Positions 26,164 through 29,044 of a DNA stretch of 29,044 nt are shown here, piece after piece. Source of the stretch: Seison nebaliae (lineage: Eukaryota). Every line of letters starts with the position of its first letter. Within the stretch, counting starts at the first letter, position 1. Location: positions 124,001-153,044 of the forward strand of contig JALJEE010001690.1 of assembly GCA_023231475.1 (NCBI GenBank). The letters are read 5' to 3'. The notes beneath the pieces are model-generated. The model was given only the letters and a program-made list of their open reading frames with translations, did no database searches and was not told where the DNA came from. Both the position numbers and the translations under genes were made by a program.

Positions 26164-26177
26164 GTTGCTATAGTAAT
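26164..26177. promoter_or_regulatory. RFX X-box upstream of WDR19 (GTTGCTATAGTAAT)
   Basis: Near-palindromic 14-mer close to the X-box type GTTGCCATGGCAAC, 52-65 bp upstream of the ATG of an intraflagellar-transport gene. Confidence 0.7.
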
Positions 26178-26228
26178 ATTTCATTTAAATACTTACCGTA
26201 TTATTAAAAGAGTATAACGACCATCAAT

Positions 26229-28921
26229 ATGGCGTCAAATAAAGTTATTTATCTATTGCTCTTTTAATCTGTAATTTTGAAATCTAATTTGTAATAAAAT
26301 AGAGAATTATTGAATTAGGGAAGGCGGATACGGGTGGAGGTAGCGTTCTAATGAAATGGCAAAAGAAACAAGCATCTTATTTTGCTTTAGTTGGGTTAGA
26401 ATTAAATCTTGAACATCTATTTTGAAGGTGAACATCTTCTAAAAGAGATAAGAAACAACTACAACTGTATAGTCGACAGGGAGAAAATATTGCTCAATAC
26501 AAACTTTCTTCGTTAGAAACGTTTTTAATTGCTAAGTGTAATAATGTTAATTAGACATGCAACCGCTATAGAATGGTCTAGAAATGGTGATTACGTTGCA
26601 GTTACATTAGCGAAGAAGTCCCATGTGATTATACTAAATGTGAACAACATGTTTTTCCAAGAGGTGGAATCAGGATTCCGGTTTGACTTATTGATTTTTC
26701 TTTTCTCAATAAAGTGTGAATAGAGATCAATTATCCTCTATATCATGGTCATTGGTTTCCAATGTTCTGGCTATTGGAACGTCAAAAGGAAATTTAATGT
26801 TATATGATCCAGATAGTGATCAGAAAACCCCGTTATTAGGAAAACTTTCGAAAAAGATCACTTCAATAATCTGGAGTCGAGATAATTTACTTGCTTTGGC
26901 GTCAGACGATGGAAAATTATCCATAAATGAAGCAAATGGTGATACGATGAAAGAATTATCAATTTCTAAAGGAATCACCAATTTGAAATTTGGTAATATG
27001 AAAGGAAGTGAACCATCTAATTATCGAGACAATACGGTTCGTACTTTATTATTGATAAATATAAATTTATTATAAAATTCATAATTAGATTGCAATGAGT
27101 TGTGGAAAGAGTCTGTTCTTTCTTAACTTAAATGAACTTGATCATCCAGTCGAAATGAATTTCCAAGAAAAATATGGAAATATTGTCAATTATCATTGGT
27201 ATGGTGATGGTTATATAGTAATGGGATTTGAGAAGGGATCATTTCTCGTCATATCAACACATCCTTCTGAAATAGAAAAGGTTTCAATATTTAAATTCCA
27301 AACCTTCTATATAATATTATATATTTCTGTCAAAACTTTTAATCTTTTGGACTGTAGGAGAGATATACGTCAAAGAATCATCAAAACTATTTAGCTGATG
27401 TTGCGATATGTAAAGAATTGGAGAAGGCGGCAACTTGTGGAGATCACTGGTTATTCATTTAATATTAACTTTGTTTCTTTTGTCAATATTGTCAGGATAA
27501 AAGTAAAATCGATCTCTATTTTGAATAATTATGTGAAGTATTCAACATTTCTTCTAATTCTATTTCTTTTTATTTATTCATTTATTTCGATATTTTCGAT
27601 AATTTTATTTTTGTAGTATAACGATCAATAATTTGAATGATAATGTCATGAGTGGACTAGTGGAGATTGATCAATATCAACCGGTTACTGAAATGAGTTT
27701 GTTTCATTTTTTTTCGTTCGTCTATTTCGATTATTAAGTTTTCTAAATATCGACCTTTTCAATTTAGTAAGGGAACTGATTTTGACTATTGTAATTAAAT
27801 TTTTTTAGAAATATTGATACTTCAGAATTAGTTGATATTGACATCCTAAAAGTTGATCATATTAAATCATTTCATTCAATGGGTAGCTACTATCTTTCTT
27901 AATACAATATTCCTTCGTTCTATTCATTCATTTTTCTTTTGATTAAAATCATTACTTATTTCTTTCACTTCATAAATTTTAAATATAAAAAAATTATTTT
28001 ATTTATATTGTTATTTTATATCAATTTTGTTATTTTATATCAATTTTGTTATTATATTCTTATCCTATGTTCCATTATTCATTAGATTGGTCTGATGATG
28101 GATCTATGATGTCAATAACAACCACCGACGGAATAGTCGTGGTTTTTCTGATGAAGATGCCTCAAATACATAGCACTTATAATTTAACGATGGCTTACTT
28201 GACATCTTTGAGAGAGGTTACAATAAACAATGCTATTATACCACAAATGGATATCAAAATAGAAACTCCGTTTGAACCTCAAACTATAGGAGTCAGTCAG
28301 CTATTTTTAACAATCGGCTTCAATAACCGTATATGGTTCTATGGCGCTTCAGAAGGTTTGTTGTTAATATTTCTTTTTAAAATTCAATAATGGTCGAACA
28401 ACTTTTAGATAATAACTATACTAAATTGTACGAAAAAGAATATCTGAATTCGGTTCGGAAGATTCGAATGAACGACCAATACATAGCTGTTTTGATGGAG
28501 AAACAAGTTCAAATTCACGGAAATGATGAACGTTATGAGGAACATGAAAATGTAGCGACTGCTATTATTCCCGCCGATTTGAACGAAGGAAATTCTGCGA
28601 CCGATATCGATATGAACAGTTCTTATGTAGCTATTAGTCAAATGGTTGAGCTTAAAAACTTGTATAAAAAAACCAATTTTTTCTATTCAGAATGGAGAGA
28701 TAAAGTACTTCTTATTAAGGAATTGGAGTGAATCGATAGCATTTAAACATTCGTTAATGGTGAAGAGGATTTTCATTCAACCGTCTGGTTCACTTGCCGC
28801 TTTCATTGATAAATCAAATGATGGATTTATTTTAAATCCGATACGACATACAATTATTGAAATACCTGAACTTCCTCCAAAATGTCAAGGAATTCTTTGG
28901 GAAGTCTATAACAAAGAAAGT
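26229..28921 (+). CDS. WDR19: WD repeat protein 19 / IFT144, 5' part (continues past the window). Exons 26229-26243, 26303-26394, 26446-26511, 26555-26680, 26724-27036, 27089-27280, 27358-27449, [alternative: 27496-27537, 27617-27696, 27809-27882], 28086-28355, 28409-28644, 28691-28921
   Basis: Spliced translation matches WDR19: [70 protein letters not shown] and [10 protein letters not shown]. Confidence 0.97.
28008..28053. repeat. 19-bp intronic tandem repeat (about 2.5 copies)
   Basis: ttgttattttatatcaatt repeated inside a WDR19 intron. Confidence 0.85.
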
Positions 28922-28944
28922 GTTAGTTTTGTTATCATAAATAT

Positions 28945-28945
<1 letters not shown>

Positions 28946-28982
<37 letters not shown>

Positions 28983-28998
28983 TTTTTTGTATTTTTTT
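28946..28998. repeat. Poly-T low-complexity tract
   Basis: Run of more than 30 T near the window end, inside a WDR19 intron. Confidence 0.9.
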
Positions 28999-29044
28999 GT
29001 AAAATTTTTAAAAATATTTTTAAATTATTTTTTCGGGAAATTTT

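Noticed and set aside
26189..26198. ATACTTACCG resembling the U1 snRNA 5' end
   Set aside because: No downstream U1 stem-loops or Sm site, and it lies just upstream of the WDR19 ATG.

Overview
AT-rich eukaryotic (metazoan-like) genomic DNA from a very compact genome with tiny introns (mostly 39-77 nt). The standard genetic code fits every gene. I reconstructed ten protein genes by hand: calcineurin A (13 exons), a divergent Tau/MAP2-like protein (6 exons, minus), an orphan type I membrane protein (5 exons), an LRR protein with BC/Cullin-box-like motifs, a divergent TFIIA-gamma, a LicD/fukutin-family transferase, a secreted type-B carboxylesterase (5 exons, minus), a 913-aa acidic protein, ABITRAM/FAM206A and the 5' part of WDR19/IFT144. 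The most striking signal is the splicing code: 33 of the 38 donors I could place begin GTT rather than GTA/GTG (12 of 12 in calcineurin), often without +5G, and the calcineurin introns appear to sit at ancestral positions. This hints at altered 5' splice-site recognition (variant U1/U6 or associated factors). Other notable items are apparent mutually exclusive exons in WDR19, a candidate micro-exon in calcineurin, an RFX X-box upstream of WDR19 and a 26-nt overlap of two convergent coding sequences. All splice models are manual and lack transcript evidence; homology calls are from memory of the protein families.
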